Assembly: GCA_949295395.1 (NCBI GenBank)
Contig: CASFLB010000001.1
Span: 1 to 47,509, forward strand
DNA from: an uncultured Pseudomonadota bacterium
GTDB lineage: Bacteria > Pseudomonadota > Alphaproteobacteria > RF32 > CAG-239
Length of the DNA: 47,509 nt
Direction of reading: 5' to 3'
Position 1 is the stretch's first letter, and each line of letters starts with the position of its first letter. Below the pieces are notes generated by a model. The model searched no databases, was not told where the DNA came from, and saw only the letters and a program-made list of their open reading frames with translations. Shown piece by piece: positions 28,419 to 38,693 of this stretch. The position numbers were made by a program, and so were the translations under genes.

Positions 28419-28425
28419 TTATAAT

Positions 28426-28454
28426 AAAACAGCCCGATTTGCTCGGGCTGTTTT
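28426..28454 (-). terminator. Rho-independent terminator of clpX
   Basis: CAGCCCG (28430-28436) pairs with CGGGCTG (28444-28450) around a 7-nt loop, extended by A/T pairs. The minus strand then reads TTTTATTAT. Confidence 0.8.
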
Positions 28455-28472
28455 CGTTTTAGCTTATTGCTT

Positions 28473-29762
28473 TTATGCGCTGCGTTCTTTGGCTGTTTTT
28501 TCTTCCGAATTTTCTTCTCTTTTGCCGCGAACAAGTTTGGGTTCAGCGCCATCATTGATGACTTTCTCATCAACGATAATCTCGACAACATCTTTCATAT
28601 CAGGAATTTCATACATTAATTCCAAGAGATTGTCTTCCATAATGGCTCTCAAGCCACGTGCACCGGTTTTGCGTTCAATCGCTTTTTTAGCTATAGCGGT
28701 CAATGCGTCATCGGTAATGGTCAGCTTGACGTTTTCCATTTCAAACATCGCTTTATACTGCTTAACCAAAGCGTTTTTCGGCTCGGTCAAGACACGGACA
28801 AGAGCTTTTTCATCTAAATCACCCAAAGTTGCAATAATCGGCAGACGTCCGACAAATTCCGGTATCAAACCATATTTGAGCAAATCTTCCGGTTGGACAT
28901 CTTTTAGAATCTCACCAACTCCTCTGTCTTCCGGAGCTTCTACTTTGGCGCCGAATCCGATTGATGTTTCACTTCCGCGATTTGCGACAATCTTTTCCAA
29001 TCCAGCAAAAGCACCGCCACAAATAAACAGGATATTAGTGGTATCAACATGCAAGAATTCTTGCTGAGGGTGTTTTCTTCCTCCTTGGGGCGGAACATTG
29101 GCTACTGTACCTTCAATGATTTTCAGCAAGGCCTGTTGAACCCCCTCTCCTGAAACATCACGTGTAATTGATGGACCATCGGTTTTGCGGGTAATTTTAT
29201 CAATTTCATCAATATAGACGATACCTCTTTGAGCTTTTTCGATATCATAATTAGCGTTTTGAACTAATTTCAAAATGATATTTTCAACATCTTCACCAAC
29301 ATAACCGGCTTCGGTTAATGTTGTGGCATCTGATATTGCGAAAGGAACATCCAAAATTTTAGCCAAGGTCTGTGCTAATAATGTTTTTCCGCTTCCGGTC
29401 GAACCAATCAAAATAACATTTGACTTTTGGATATCGATATCTTTATTGACCTTCTTGCTGTTTAATCTCTTATAGTGGTTATAAACGGCAACAGACAAAA
29501 CCTTCTTGGCATATTCCTGACCAATCACATACTGATCTAAAAACTCTTTAATTTTTGATGGTGTTGGCAACTTATCTAAAGATGTTCCGGTTGCACCATC
29601 TTCCATTTCGTTGAGTTCATCGGCAACAATATTAATGCAAACTTCAATACACTCATCGCAGATATAGACACCGCGGCCGGCAACGAGTTTTTTAACTTCG
29701 TCCTGACTTTTTCCACAGAAAGAACAATGTAGGGTTTCGTTGCTGTCTTTTCTATCGCTCAT
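28473..29762 (-). CDS. clpX: ATP-dependent Clp protease ATP-binding subunit ClpX
   Basis: 429 aa. Zinc finger CSFCGK...CDEC, Walker A GSTGSGKT, Walker [12 protein letters not shown]-type loop region. Confidence 0.97.
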   Translation of the reverse strand: MSDRKDSNETLHCSFCGKSQDEVKKLVAGRGVYICDECIEVCINIVADELNEMEDGATGTSLDKLPTPSKIKEFLDQYVIGQEYAKKVLSVAVYNHYKRLNSKKVNKDIDIQKSNVILIGSTGSGKTLLAQTLAKILDVPFAISDATTLTEAGYVGEDVENIILKLVQNANYDIEKAQRGIVYIDEIDKITRKTDGPSITRDVSGEGVQQALLKIIEGTVANVPPQGGRKHPQQEFLHVDTTNILFICGGAFAGLEKIVANRGSETSIGFGAKVEAPEDRGVGEILKDVQPEDLLKYGLIPEFVGRLPIIATLGDLDEKALVRVLTEPKNALVKQYKAMFEMENVKLTITDDALTAIAKKAIERKTGARGLRAIMEDNLLELMYEIPDMKDVVEIIVDEKVINDGAEPKLVRGKREENSEEKTAKERSA

Positions 29763-29772
29763 TTTTTATTCC

Positions 29773-30405
29773 TTATTTTTGAATGATTTCTTCACGACTA
29801 GTTACAATTTGGTCAATCAGGCCAAACTTCAAGGCCTCTTCCGGCGACATGAAATTATCTCTGTCCATCGCTTTTTCAATAACGCTCAATTTTTGCCCTG
29901 TATGCTTTACATATAGGTTATTTAAGGCTTTTTTCATCTTTAAAATTTCATTTGCTTGAATTTCAATATCTGAGGCCTTGCCCTGAGCGCCACCGCTTGG
30001 CTGATGTATCATAATACGTGAATTCGGTAAAGCGTTACGTTTTCCTTTTTCTCCGGCGGTTAGTAACAATGACCCCATTGAGCAAGCCTGACCAATACAC
30101 AACGTATTTACATCGCAACGGATATACTGCATTGTGTCATACATCGCCAATCCTGCCGTAACTACGCCACCAGGAGAATTGATATACATATAAATATCTT
30201 TCTTCGGATTTTCAGATTCTAAAAACAGAAGTTGGGCGCAGACTAATGATGAAACCTCATCATTAACTTCGCCGGTTAAAAAAATTATTCTTTCTTTTAA
30301 CAGTCTTGAATAGATGTCAAATGAACGTTCCCCTCGGGAGGTTTGCTCAATAACCATCGGCACCAAGGTATTGTCATAGACTTCAAGTGCGCTTCTGTAT
30401 CCCAT
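29773..30405 (-). CDS. clpP: ATP-dependent Clp protease proteolytic subunit ClpP
   Basis: The track start is a TTG (30420). The ATG at 30405 lies 9 nt after GAGGG. Catalytic Ser (GQACSMGS), His (IMIHQP) and Asp (DRDNF) are present. Confidence 0.95.
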   Translation of the reverse strand: MGYRSALEVYDNTLVPMVIEQTSRGERSFDIYSRLLKERIIFLTGEVNDEVSSLVCAQLLFLESENPKKDIYMYINSPGGVVTAGLAMYDTMQYIRCDVNTLCIGQACSMGSLLLTAGEKGKRNALPNSRIMIHQPSGGAQGKASDIEIQANEILKMKKALNNLYVKHTGQKLSVIEKAMDRDNFMSPEEALKFGLIDQIVTSREEIIQK

Positions 30406-30486
30406 TTTTTTTACCCTCAATAAATTTAAATCTTTTGTTATGTTAGTAAAAGTTCTTCAATAAAGTGTTAACAATTTATCAAATTC

Positions 30487-30957
30487 TTATAAATTTGCAA
30501 GCTTTTGAGCAATTAAATTTAAGGTTTCAGTAACGGGGATTGTAAAATCAAGCTTTATTCCATTGGGCAACAAACAGCTCTCACTTCCGGCATCAAAATG
30601 GCAATATGGCGTTGAGAAGCCTTTTCCATATATTCCGCTGTCATCAATTTGGACATTTATCTTATTGTCTTGACAGTATTTTCCTTTAATAGTATTCCAC
30701 AAATCTTCGTCAACATAAAATCTGTCTTTTTCTTCTTTTACTTTACCTTGTGCCTTATAATAATCATAAATTGCGAAAATCTTGGTATAGTTTATTTGCC
30801 ACTTTTTGAGTTCTGCTCTGACCTTTTCTTCCGGCCCACCGGTGATAATGTATATCTCCCATTCGCGTTCCAAAGCTTTTGAGCAAAATTCCTTAAAGTA
30901 TAAAGGTTTGGCATCAATTACGCCATGAAAATCAAGCCCTATTCTAATTTGTGCCAT
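30487..30957 (-). CDS. hypothetical protein, possibly HAD-like fold
   Basis: About 156 aa from the ATG at 30957 (the track TTG is at 30972). Weak HAD-like motif order: LDFHGVI (motif I-like, with His where the second Asp is expected), IITGG, K..., QIDDS. It overlaps the 3' end of the AsmA-like gene by 14 nt. Confidence 0.35.
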   Translation of the reverse strand: MAQIRIGLDFHGVIDAKPLYFKEFCSKALEREWEIYIITGGPEEKVRAELKKWQINYTKIFAIYDYYKAQGKVKEEKDRFYVDEDLWNTIKGKYCQDNKINVQIDDSGIYGKGFSTPYCHFDAGSESCLLPNGIKLDFTIPVTETLNLIAQKLANL

Positions 30958-33900
30958 CACCGTTGCTTCCAAATAATGATGAAAATAAGTCTTTCAATGA
31001 TCCAGGGCTGAGTGCTGACAAAGGATTGATATTAACTTTAACATCGTTAATTTTGCCTTTTACCGAATAATTTGCAGCAAAAACCGTACCATCTTTTCCG
31101 GCCAAAAGATTGCCTACCAAAGGTATGCGACCTAAAAAGCTGTTAATGCTATAGGCCGGTGCAATAACCCCTTTCCCCTCAACTTCTTCTTTTCCCCAGT
31201 TGTATTGCCCACTCATCGTAATTCCTAAAACATTACCAAATGCACGTCCATCTTTGACACTTAGTATTTTATTTTTATATTCAAACGGGGCATCAAAGTG
31301 CGAAAAAGCTATGCCTTCTCCCGATAACATTCCCACAATTCCTGTTAGCGATGCTACGCTTAAAACTCGGGCTAAAACCGGCGTATTGTGAAGATTGAAA
31401 TCTCTTATTGAGGCGTGACCGATAAACTTTTTATCGGCTCCTCTTTTGGCCTCTATTTTTAAAATTCCGCCGCTGATATCGTCATATATTCTTAAAACCT
31501 TAAAGGTGCTGCCGGCGTTATTGCTGTTAATTGATAAATAATATTCTTTGTTGGGTTTGGGCTCATAATCGGCTTTTAGTTTTACTTCTTTACTGTTTCC
31601 ATAATTCCCTATCATATGGAGTTCATGTAAGCCAATGCCTTTTCTTAATTTTGCGGTGCCGGCAAAGCTGCTTATTGGAATAAATTTGTTTGTCCACAAA
31701 CGATTAACCGCAATATTAATATCGGTGTCGCTGATATTTTCTAGTTCGCTTTGCTCTTGAGCTTCTTGGGCGACTATATCTTGCTCGGCCTTTTTACGAC
31801 TGTCGGCTTCACGGCGCTCAAAGAACTCTGTTAAATCATAACTATTTCCGGAGACGTTGACTTTTATCAGAGGCTTTTTATTTTCCTCCAACCAATCTAT
31901 TTTGGCCCGAGCATTCGTCTTAGGACCCTTTATATTGTTTATATCAATTGTTTTTAGAGCTCCAGTTTTGGTCAATTCTATTTTTCCGCTTAAATTAAAG
32001 TCCGGCTTTGATACTAAAAATGATGGAATGCCGCTTAATTTATTGCCATTTACATCAATTTCGGCTTTGATACTGCCATCTGAACCCGATAACTTCCTAA
32101 AACCTAAGAAAGAATAATCAATAGCGGCGTTTTTGATATCTGCCGTTAAATTAATTTTTGTTTTTTGCTTATCAGACATGGTTATTTGGGCTTTAACGTC
32201 AGCGTAACCATCAATATATGGCGAATTTATGTATTCTATTTTATTTAGTCCGAGTTTTTCTTTTACCTTATCGTCTAATTTGAATGAAATATCATATTTT
32301 GTTTTTTCAGATTTTTGATTAAAGTTTTCATTCCATTCAAAGGTCAGTGGTATTGAATCAATCTCTGCGGCACCGCTTAACATAAGTTCATTATTATTGA
32401 CGCTTAAGCTTAACGCTTGTGATGTTAAATTCTTCCCTTCAATCACATCTTTCATCGTTACATTGGTCAATATTGCTTTAACATCGGCCTTAACTTCATC
32501 TGAGGCTAAATCTTCTTTTAGCTCTAAATCAAGTTTGACGGTGGTTGAGGCTTCCCCACTTAATTTTTCTGCCGGAATTTTCATTTCCTTTACAAAATTT
32601 AGCGGTGGATTGTCTATTAACTTTAAAGCATCTGAAATTGATGATTCTGTTTGTAACTCAATGTCGGCATAGTTATTATATTTATCTAAATCATACAAAC
32701 GGACATATCCACCTGTTAGAATTACGCCGTCTGATTTTCCCTTATCAATATTAACGGTGATACTGCTTGCACCAAACAACGCCTCGCCGTAAACATTGGT
32801 TATAACAGGCATTGTATTGATATATCTTACCGTTAAGTCTTCGGCATAAACTTTTCCTTTTAAGTCTTTGAACACTACTGACTTTTTATTTTTATCATAG
32901 CCAAAATCAAAGCGAAATTCAGCATTTTTGGCCATTCCGACAAACAGACTATCTTCACACCACGCCCAGGCACTTTCTCCGATATATCTTGGCCAATATT
33001 TCGGTAAATCGTCAAATTTAAGGCTGTCAATGTTTGCACTAACGGTTGCTTTGATTTCTTTTAGAGAATCTTCTAAAATATATTTTTTCAATCCGCTGAC
33101 TTCAAAACCAAGCAACATTTTTTGTCCGCCTAAATCAAATTCGGCATCTGAGACTTTTAACTGATTTAATCCTCCTTCAATTGTTCCATCAAGAGAAAAT
33201 GATGAAATATCGTATTTCATGGCTTCATCCGATGTAAACATGATGTTTCCTTGGCCACCCTCAAGCTGTATTTTTATTTTCTTAACCGCGGTGTCTAAAA
33301 CATCTATTATTTTTTTACGCTCATTTATTAACCCTTTTAAGGCTATAGTCGTCTCAAGAGCCCCACTTAATGGCAAATTTATTTGGTAAAGTTCTTTGCG
33401 CTGTTTTTCCTCAAGGAAACTATTAACGATATCGGCGGGCGTTACATCGGAAAAATAACTTTTTAACGCTAAATTTTTCTCTTGTGTATCAAATTGAGCC
33501 TCAATTCCGGCCGAAGAGGTTTTTCCATTTATATTAAATAAAGCGTTTGCTTCCGTTTCAATGCTGTTGTTGCCACGTTCAAAATGATAATTAACATCGT
33601 TGAGTATCCACTTCCGCCCTAAATCAACCTCATGGAACTCAAAAGCCGCATTTTTTATCTCTATTTCGTTTATATAATTTTCAATAAAATATTTGTCTTC
33701 CGAATTATATCTTTCTAGAAAATCTTCCAACATATTAAAATAATATTCTATTTTTTTCTTGTTGGCTTCATTGGTTTTTCCGGCTTCTATTCCATAACTG
33801 GTAAAAGCATAAATGCTTGGGGCTTCAACCTCTATCGCGCTAGGGGCAATAATACCTCGCAATAAAGCTCTTAAACTAAACGAAACCGATGTGCGAGGAG

Positions 33901-34183
33901 CGTTTATAATGAAACTATCATCTGTTTTTTTGTAGACAATGTTGTTGGCAATAATTTTTATCGGCTGAATTGAGCGAACCAATTCGATATTCACCGAATC
34001 GAGCGAAACCTCGTAGTCCTCACTTCCATTTAAAGCTTGTATGATATAAGGTTTTAAAAACGGAACAGCTATCGGCCCTTTGTACAAGTGCCAAACAAAA
34101 AACAAAAATATACTCAGAAAGATAACACCGAAGTAATCTAACAGCTTATATTTTCGATATTTTTTTACTGCCGTTTTTGCCAT
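30944..34183 (-). CDS. AsmA-like / YhdP-like large envelope protein (DUF3971-type)
   Basis: 1079 aa with an N-terminal TM anchor (YFGVIFLSIFLFFVWHLY) and a long beta-rich body. The C-terminus is typical of the AsmA-like C-terminal region (VIAPAYSINSFLGRIPLVGNLLAGKDGTVFAANYSVKG...). Confidence 0.7.
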   Translation of the reverse strand: MAKTAVKKYRKYKLLDYFGVIFLSIFLFFVWHLYKGPIAVPFLKPYIIQALNGSEDYEVSLDSVNIELVRSIQPIKIIANNIVYKKTDDSFIINAPRTSVSFSLRALLRGIIAPSAIEVEAPSIYAFTSYGIEAGKTNEANKKKIEYYFNMLEDFLERYNSEDKYFIENYINEIEIKNAAFEFHEVDLGRKWILNDVNYHFERGNNSIETEANALFNINGKTSSAGIEAQFDTQEKNLALKSYFSDVTPADIVNSFLEEKQRKELYQINLPLSGALETTIALKGLINERKKIIDVLDTAVKKIKIQLEGGQGNIMFTSDEAMKYDISSFSLDGTIEGGLNQLKVSDAEFDLGGQKMLLGFEVSGLKKYILEDSLKEIKATVSANIDSLKFDDLPKYWPRYIGESAWAWCEDSLFVGMAKNAEFRFDFGYDKNKKSVVFKDLKGKVYAEDLTVRYINTMPVITNVYGEALFGASSITVNIDKGKSDGVILTGGYVRLYDLDKYNNYADIELQTESSISDALKLIDNPPLNFVKEMKIPAEKLSGEASTTVKLDLELKEDLASDEVKADVKAILTNVTMKDVIEGKNLTSQALSLSVNNNELMLSGAAEIDSIPLTFEWNENFNQKSEKTKYDISFKLDDKVKEKLGLNKIEYINSPYIDGYADVKAQITMSDKQKTKINLTADIKNAAIDYSFLGFRKLSGSDGSIKAEIDVNGNKLSGIPSFLVSKPDFNLSGKIELTKTGALKTIDINNIKGPKTNARAKIDWLEENKKPLIKVNVSGNSYDLTEFFERREADSRKKAEQDIVAQEAQEQSELENISDTDINIAVNRLWTNKFIPISSFAGTAKLRKGIGLHELHMIGNYGNSKEVKLKADYEPKPNKEYYLSINSNNAGSTFKVLRIYDDISGGILKIEAKRGADKKFIGHASIRDFNLHNTPVLARVLSVASLTGIVGMLSGEGIAFSHFDAPFEYKNKILSVKDGRAFGNVLGITMSGQYNWGKEEVEGKGVIAPAYSINSFLGRIPLVGNLLAGKDGTVFAANYSVKGKINDVKVNINPLSALSPGSLKDLFSSLFGSNGDGTN

Positions 34184-35005
34184 CTATTTCTTTTTTAACC
34201 ATTTTATCAGTTGCTTATAATTTTGTTTATCATACAAATCATTGTGATCTGCGTCTCCATAGATAAACATATCTTTGGGGTCTGGTGCCTCCTCATACAA
34301 TCTTTGCGCTAATTTTATCGGGACAACTTTATCCTTTTCTCCGCCCATAATTAAAATCGGGCTTTTAATTTCTTTTATTAATGCCACATTATCATACTTG
34401 TCCTTAATAATTAAATCCAAAGGAAGCGGAACCCAAACGACTTCTTTGACAACATTTAACAAACTATCAAATGGAACTTCGAGCACAAGAGCGGCAAACA
34501 CACCTTCTTTTTGAAGTTTTTCGGCGGTGTTGACCGCCATGTGTGAACCAAGTGACATTCCATAAACAATAATTTGCTCATTTTTCCAACCTTGTTGATG
34601 CAGATATTCTACCGCTGCTATGGCATCTTCTTCTAAGCCGGCTTGAGTTATTTCCCCTTTAATGCCGCCAAAGCCTCTATATTCTCCAATAAAAGCACTA
34701 TAACCAGCCGCTAAAAGCGGAACGAGTTTTTTATAAAATTTTTCTATATTATAAGAATTTCCATGCATAAAGACAACAACTTGTTTGCTTCCCTTTTGTG
34801 GTACGTACCAGCCTAACAATTCTGTTCCGTCGGCGGAATTATACTTTACTTCTTTGATATCATAGCCGTATTCTTGTGCTTTTATCTTATTTGAGGCTGT
34901 GTTATCGGGATTATAAAAGAAATATTGCGGTTTATAGTAAACTGTTGCGCAAAAGCAAACATACAAAATTGCTATAATTCCAATAAAAATGAACATTTTC
35001 TTCAT
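34184..35005 (-). CDS. membrane-anchored alpha/beta hydrolase
   Basis: 273 aa with an N-terminal TM. Motifs: HGNS oxyanion region, nucleophile elbow GMSLGS, later GEKDKVVP and DADHND. Confidence 0.75.
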   Translation of the reverse strand: MKKMFIFIGIIAILYVCFCATVYYKPQYFFYNPDNTASNKIKAQEYGYDIKEVKYNSADGTELLGWYVPQKGSKQVVVFMHGNSYNIEKFYKKLVPLLAAGYSAFIGEYRGFGGIKGEITQAGLEEDAIAAVEYLHQQGWKNEQIIVYGMSLGSHMAVNTAEKLQKEGVFAALVLEVPFDSLLNVVKEVVWVPLPLDLIIKDKYDNVALIKEIKSPILIMGGEKDKVVPIKLAQRLYEEAPDPKDMFIYGDADHNDLYDKQNYKQLIKWLKKK

Positions 35006-35006
35006 A

Positions 35007-36105
35007 CTAACCTACCTTTGCTGCTAAAGCCGCGGATAAAAACATATCGATATCACCATCAAGTACGGCCTTGCAATCTGATGTTTCGACCTCGGTTCTT
35101 AAATCTTTTACCATTTTATAGGGTTGCAGTACATAAGAGCGAATTTGATATCCCCAGCCAATATCACCTTGCGCATCTCTTATATCTTGTTCTTTTTGTT
35201 CGCGCTTTTTCAATTCCATTTCATACAAGCGTGATTTTAGCATTTTCCATGCACTTTCACGGTTTTGAAACTGCGAACGCTGGGTTTGGCATTGGACAAC
35301 AATCCCGGTCGGAATGTGGGTTATTCGCACCGCCGAATCGGTTTTATTAATATGTTGCCCGCCGGCACCGGAAGCACGATAGGTATCAACACGGCAATCT
35401 GCCTCATTAATATTTATCTCAATATCATCATCAACAACCGGATAAACTCCAATCGAGGCAAAGCTTGTGTGTCTTCTACCGGCGCTGTCAAACGGCGAAA
35501 TACGAACCAAACGGTGAACGCCGCTTTCGGACTTGAGCCAGCCATAAGCGTTGTACCCACTTATCTTTATGGTTGCAGACTTTAAACCGGCAACCTCGCC
35601 TTCTGTCTCTTCTATGTATTCAACTTTATAGCCATGCTGTTCAGCCCAACGCGTATACATTCTTAAGAGCATTTCGGCCCAGTCTTGGGCTTCTGTTCCT
35701 CCGCTTCCGGCATGAACCTCTAAATAAGTATCATTGGCGTCAACTTCTCCGCATAAAAGTGCTTCAAGCTCTTGATGTTTGGCATTTTGTTTCAAACTTT
35801 CTAACTGCGCCATTACATCGGCTTGAAGAGCCTCATCGCCATCTTCTTCTGCCAAGACTGCCATCTCAGTCATCTCGTCAAGACTATGGCATAGATGTTC
35901 GTAACTTTGAAGTTTTTCTTCCAAAGCTGTTTTTTCGCTCATCAGCTTTTTGGCACGTGCGGCATCTTCCCATAGCTTTGTATCTTCGGATAAAGCGGTG
36001 AGCTCATCTAATCTTATTTTTGAGTTTTCGTAGTCAAACCGACCTCCGTAATAATTCGGTCGAGTGTTTTACTTCATCAATCAGTTCTTGTGTTTCGGCT
36101 TTCAT
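35007..36105 (-). CDS. prfB: peptide chain release factor 2, requiring a programmed +1 ribosomal frameshift (join 36105..36037 and 36035..35007)
   Basis: Frame 0 from the ATG at 36105 gives [23 protein letters not shown] then TGA (36036-36034). The +1 frame continues [40 protein letters not shown]..., in frame with track ORF 35007..35942. The main frame is closed upstream by TAA at 36071-36069 with no start codon in between. SPF and GGQ motifs are present. Confidence 0.93.
36034..36048 (-). promoter_or_regulatory. prfB: prfB +1 recoding site: internal SD-like GGAGG, 3-nt spacer, GUU UGA C
   Basis: The minus strand reads CGG AGG TCG GTT TGA C. The layout is the same as the E. coli site AGG GGG TAT CTT TGA C, but with GTT as the slippery codon. 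Confidence 0.85.
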
Positions 36106-36125
36106 CTGTTTATTTTTCCTTATTA

Positions 36126-38582
36126 TTAATATTGTGTTCCAAGCTGAAAATCATCATTGCTTTGTTCATTATAAACCGCATTGCTTGATTGGTTTCCGCC
36201 TTCGGTGCTATCATCACCGATAACGCGCTGGCGATTGTTGAAATCAAAATCAGGCTTCAAGGCTTCCGTTATGACCGATTTATCTTGAGGAACAGCCGGT
36301 TTTCCTGTCTTGTAATTAATTCTGACGAGTCTTATTCCATTTGGAATACGGAACGGAATATCTGGCTTTCCTTTTAAGGCTTGTTCCATAAAGTCATAGA
36401 ATATCGGAAGAGCCGCGGTTGAGCCGGTTTCGCGGCGGCCTAATGTTCGCGGTTCATCAAAACCAACATAAGTTCCGACAACTAAATCCGGCGAAAAGCC
36501 CATAAACCACGCGTCATTACTATCATTGGATGTTCCTGTTTTTCCTGCTAAGTGCTTCTTAAGCCAACGTAGTCTCGCGGCAGTTCCTCTCGTAGCAACG
36601 CCTTCAAGCATGCTCACCATTTGATAAGCCGACAGCGGATCAATAACCTGCTCTCTTGCGTCGGCTAACTGCGGAACTTCTTGATTTTCCCATTTTAAGG
36701 CTTTGCAATCGGTGCAAACACGGGTATCATGCTTATAAATTGTCTTGCCGTTACGGTCTTGAATTTGCTCTATAAAATAGGGCTCAATTTTTTTACCTCC
36801 GTTGACCATCATGGCATAAGCCGTTGATAAGTCTATCAAACGCGTATCACCGGCGCCCAAAGACATTGAAAGCAGTTCCGGCAAGTGGTCATTCACGCCA
36901 AGTTTTTTGGCGTATTCGCAAACTTCTTTCATGCCTAAATCTTGAGCTAATCTTACGGTCATCAGATTGCGAGACTTTTCTAGGCCCTGACGCATGGTGG
37001 TTAAGCCATCAAACTTTTTGGAATAATTCACCGGTTTCCATTTCGGCAAGCCTGCCCCTTGATCCAAAACAAACGGCGCATCTAAAATTAAATCGGTTGG
37101 AGAATAACCATTTTCCAATGCAGCCAAGTAAACAATCGGCTTAAATGAAGAACCGGTTTGACGTCTTGCTTGGGTGGCACGGTTAAACTGCGACTTATCA
37201 AAGTCATAACCACCGACAATGGCCAAAACCTTACCGGTATGAGGGTCAAGAGCAATTAATCCTCCCTCGACATCGGGAACTTGGCGCAGTTCATAGCTAT
37301 CTTCGCTTACCTTTTTGTTTTTTATGACTTTATCGGTGGCTTTTTCAACCAAGATGACATCACCTTGCTTTAAAACCGTTTTAACCGATTTTGGAGCATC
37401 ACTTATTCCTTGATTTTTAAGATTTTTTCTAGCCCAGCCAATCAATGCTAACGGAACCTCTCCTCTTCCGCCGTCGCGAATTTTTATCTCGGCTCTGTCT
37501 GCATAAACCTCTGTTACCAAGGCTATTTGCCAGTTGTCTTTGGCTCCTTTGGGCTTTTGAATTTTCTTAAACTCTTCAGCATAATCACTATTTAAATCTA
37601 ACTCTGCCAAAGGCCCTCGGTAGCCATGGCGAATATCATAATTTTCGATTTCTTTACGAAAAGACTCTGTTGCAATTTTTTGTAGTTTTGGGTCCAAAGT
37701 TGTTCGAACAATTAACCCGCCTTCATACAAAGCGTCTTCGCCAAACATCTCTTTGACCTCGCGGCGGACTTCTTCACTGAAATAATCAGCGTCTTGTACA
37801 AATTCTGCACCACGGTCTACGGTTTTGAGCGGTTTACCTTGCGCGATTATCATTTCGTCTTCGGTAATATAGCCATCTTCATGCATGCGGCCCAAAACCC
37901 AGTTTCGGCGAGCTACGGCAGCGTCATATTTGGTCTTTGGATTATAATTATTCGGGCCTTTGGGCAAAGCTGCAAGATAAGCTATTTCTTCCAGCTCCAA
38001 ATCATTTAATGATTTACCAAAATAATTTAAAGCGGCGGCGGCAACACCGTAAGAGCGATTTCCTAAATAAATCTCATTTAAATACAACTCTAAAATATGC
38101 TGTTTGCTAAAGGCTTGTTCCATTCGTGTCGCTAAAACCGCTTCTTTTAGCTTTCTGGTTATTGACAATTCGGAACTCAGTAAAAAGTTTTTTGCCACTT
38201 GTTGCGTTATTGTTGAAGCACCTGATGGTCTTCTGCCTGACCCTAAATTTTTCAAGTTGCTGATAATGGCACGCGCTATTCCAAAAAAGTCTATACCGGC
38301 GTGATTATAAAAATTTTTATCCTCTGCAGCAATAAAAGCTTGTTTTACTTTTTCGGGAATCATACTCTCCGGCACAAATAATCTTTTTTGTGCGGCATAT
38401 TCCATCAACAGTTGTCCGTCACCTGCATACAGACGTGTGGTTACAGGTGGCTCATATTTTTCCAGCTGATGAAAGTCCGGTAAATCTTGGGTAATTTTCC
38501 AAAACACCGTTATGGCGACAATCACACCGATTACCGCAAAAAAGAACATTGTACTGATTAATGATGACAGAGTCTTAAACAT
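36126..38582 (-). CDS. mrcA: penicillin-binding protein 1A (bifunctional transglycosylase/transpeptidase)
   Basis: 818 aa with an N-terminal TM. GT51 motifs (EDKNFYNHAGID, RKLKEA) and transpeptidase motifs SSFKP, SRN, KTGTS. Confidence 0.93.
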   Translation of the reverse strand: MFKTLSSLISTMFFFAVIGVIVAITVFWKITQDLPDFHQLEKYEPPVTTRLYAGDGQLLMEYAAQKRLFVPESMIPEKVKQAFIAAEDKNFYNHAGIDFFGIARAIISNLKNLGSGRRPSGASTITQQVAKNFLLSSELSITRKLKEAVLATRMEQAFSKQHILELYLNEIYLGNRSYGVAAAALNYFGKSLNDLELEEIAYLAALPKGPNNYNPKTKYDAAVARRNWVLGRMHEDGYITEDEMIIAQGKPLKTVDRGAEFVQDADYFSEEVRREVKEMFGEDALYEGGLIVRTTLDPKLQKIATESFRKEIENYDIRHGYRGPLAELDLNSDYAEEFKKIQKPKGAKDNWQIALVTEVYADRAEIKIRDGGRGEVPLALIGWARKNLKNQGISDAPKSVKTVLKQGDVILVEKATDKVIKNKKVSEDSYELRQVPDVEGGLIALDPHTGKVLAIVGGYDFDKSQFNRATQARRQTGSSFKPIVYLAALENGYSPTDLILDAPFVLDQGAGLPKWKPVNYSKKFDGLTTMRQGLEKSRNLMTVRLAQDLGMKEVCEYAKKLGVNDHLPELLSMSLGAGDTRLIDLSTAYAMMVNGGKKIEPYFIEQIQDRNGKTIYKHDTRVCTDCKALKWENQEVPQLADAREQVIDPLSAYQMVSMLEGVATRGTAARLRWLKKHLAGKTGTSNDSNDAWFMGFSPDLVVGTYVGFDEPRTLGRRETGSTAALPIFYDFMEQALKGKPDIPFRIPNGIRLVRINYKTGKPAVPQDKSVITEALKPDFDFNNRQRVIGDDSTEGGNQSSNAVYNEQSNDDFQLGTQY

Positions 38583-38693
38583 TTAGAGTTCCATAAGTTA
38601 ATAAATCCTATTCCTATTCGGCTCTAAGATATTACATTTCTACAAAAATGCAAAAGAAAATTACACTTTGTCAAACATTCTCTTTTTAAGGAC

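Noticed and set aside
28489-29067. A 192-aa plus-strand ORF, plus similar long ORFs at 34925-35350, 35573-36001, 17713-18111, 16458-16823, 45605-45967, 13001-13348, 13914-14237 and 22679-22990.
   Set aside because: All lie antisense inside strongly supported genes (clpX, prfB, parC, the coiled-coil gene, gyrA, pagP). Their translations are low-complexity or Ser/Leu/Phe-rich with no motifs. These are typical shadow ORFs.
35007-36105. prfB looks interrupted, because the track ORF lacks the N-terminal 54 or so residues, so it could be read as a pseudogene.
   Set aside because: The break coincides exactly with an SD-spacer-NUU-UGA-C recoding cassette, and both parts translate to RF2. This is the well-known programmed +1 frameshift, not decay.
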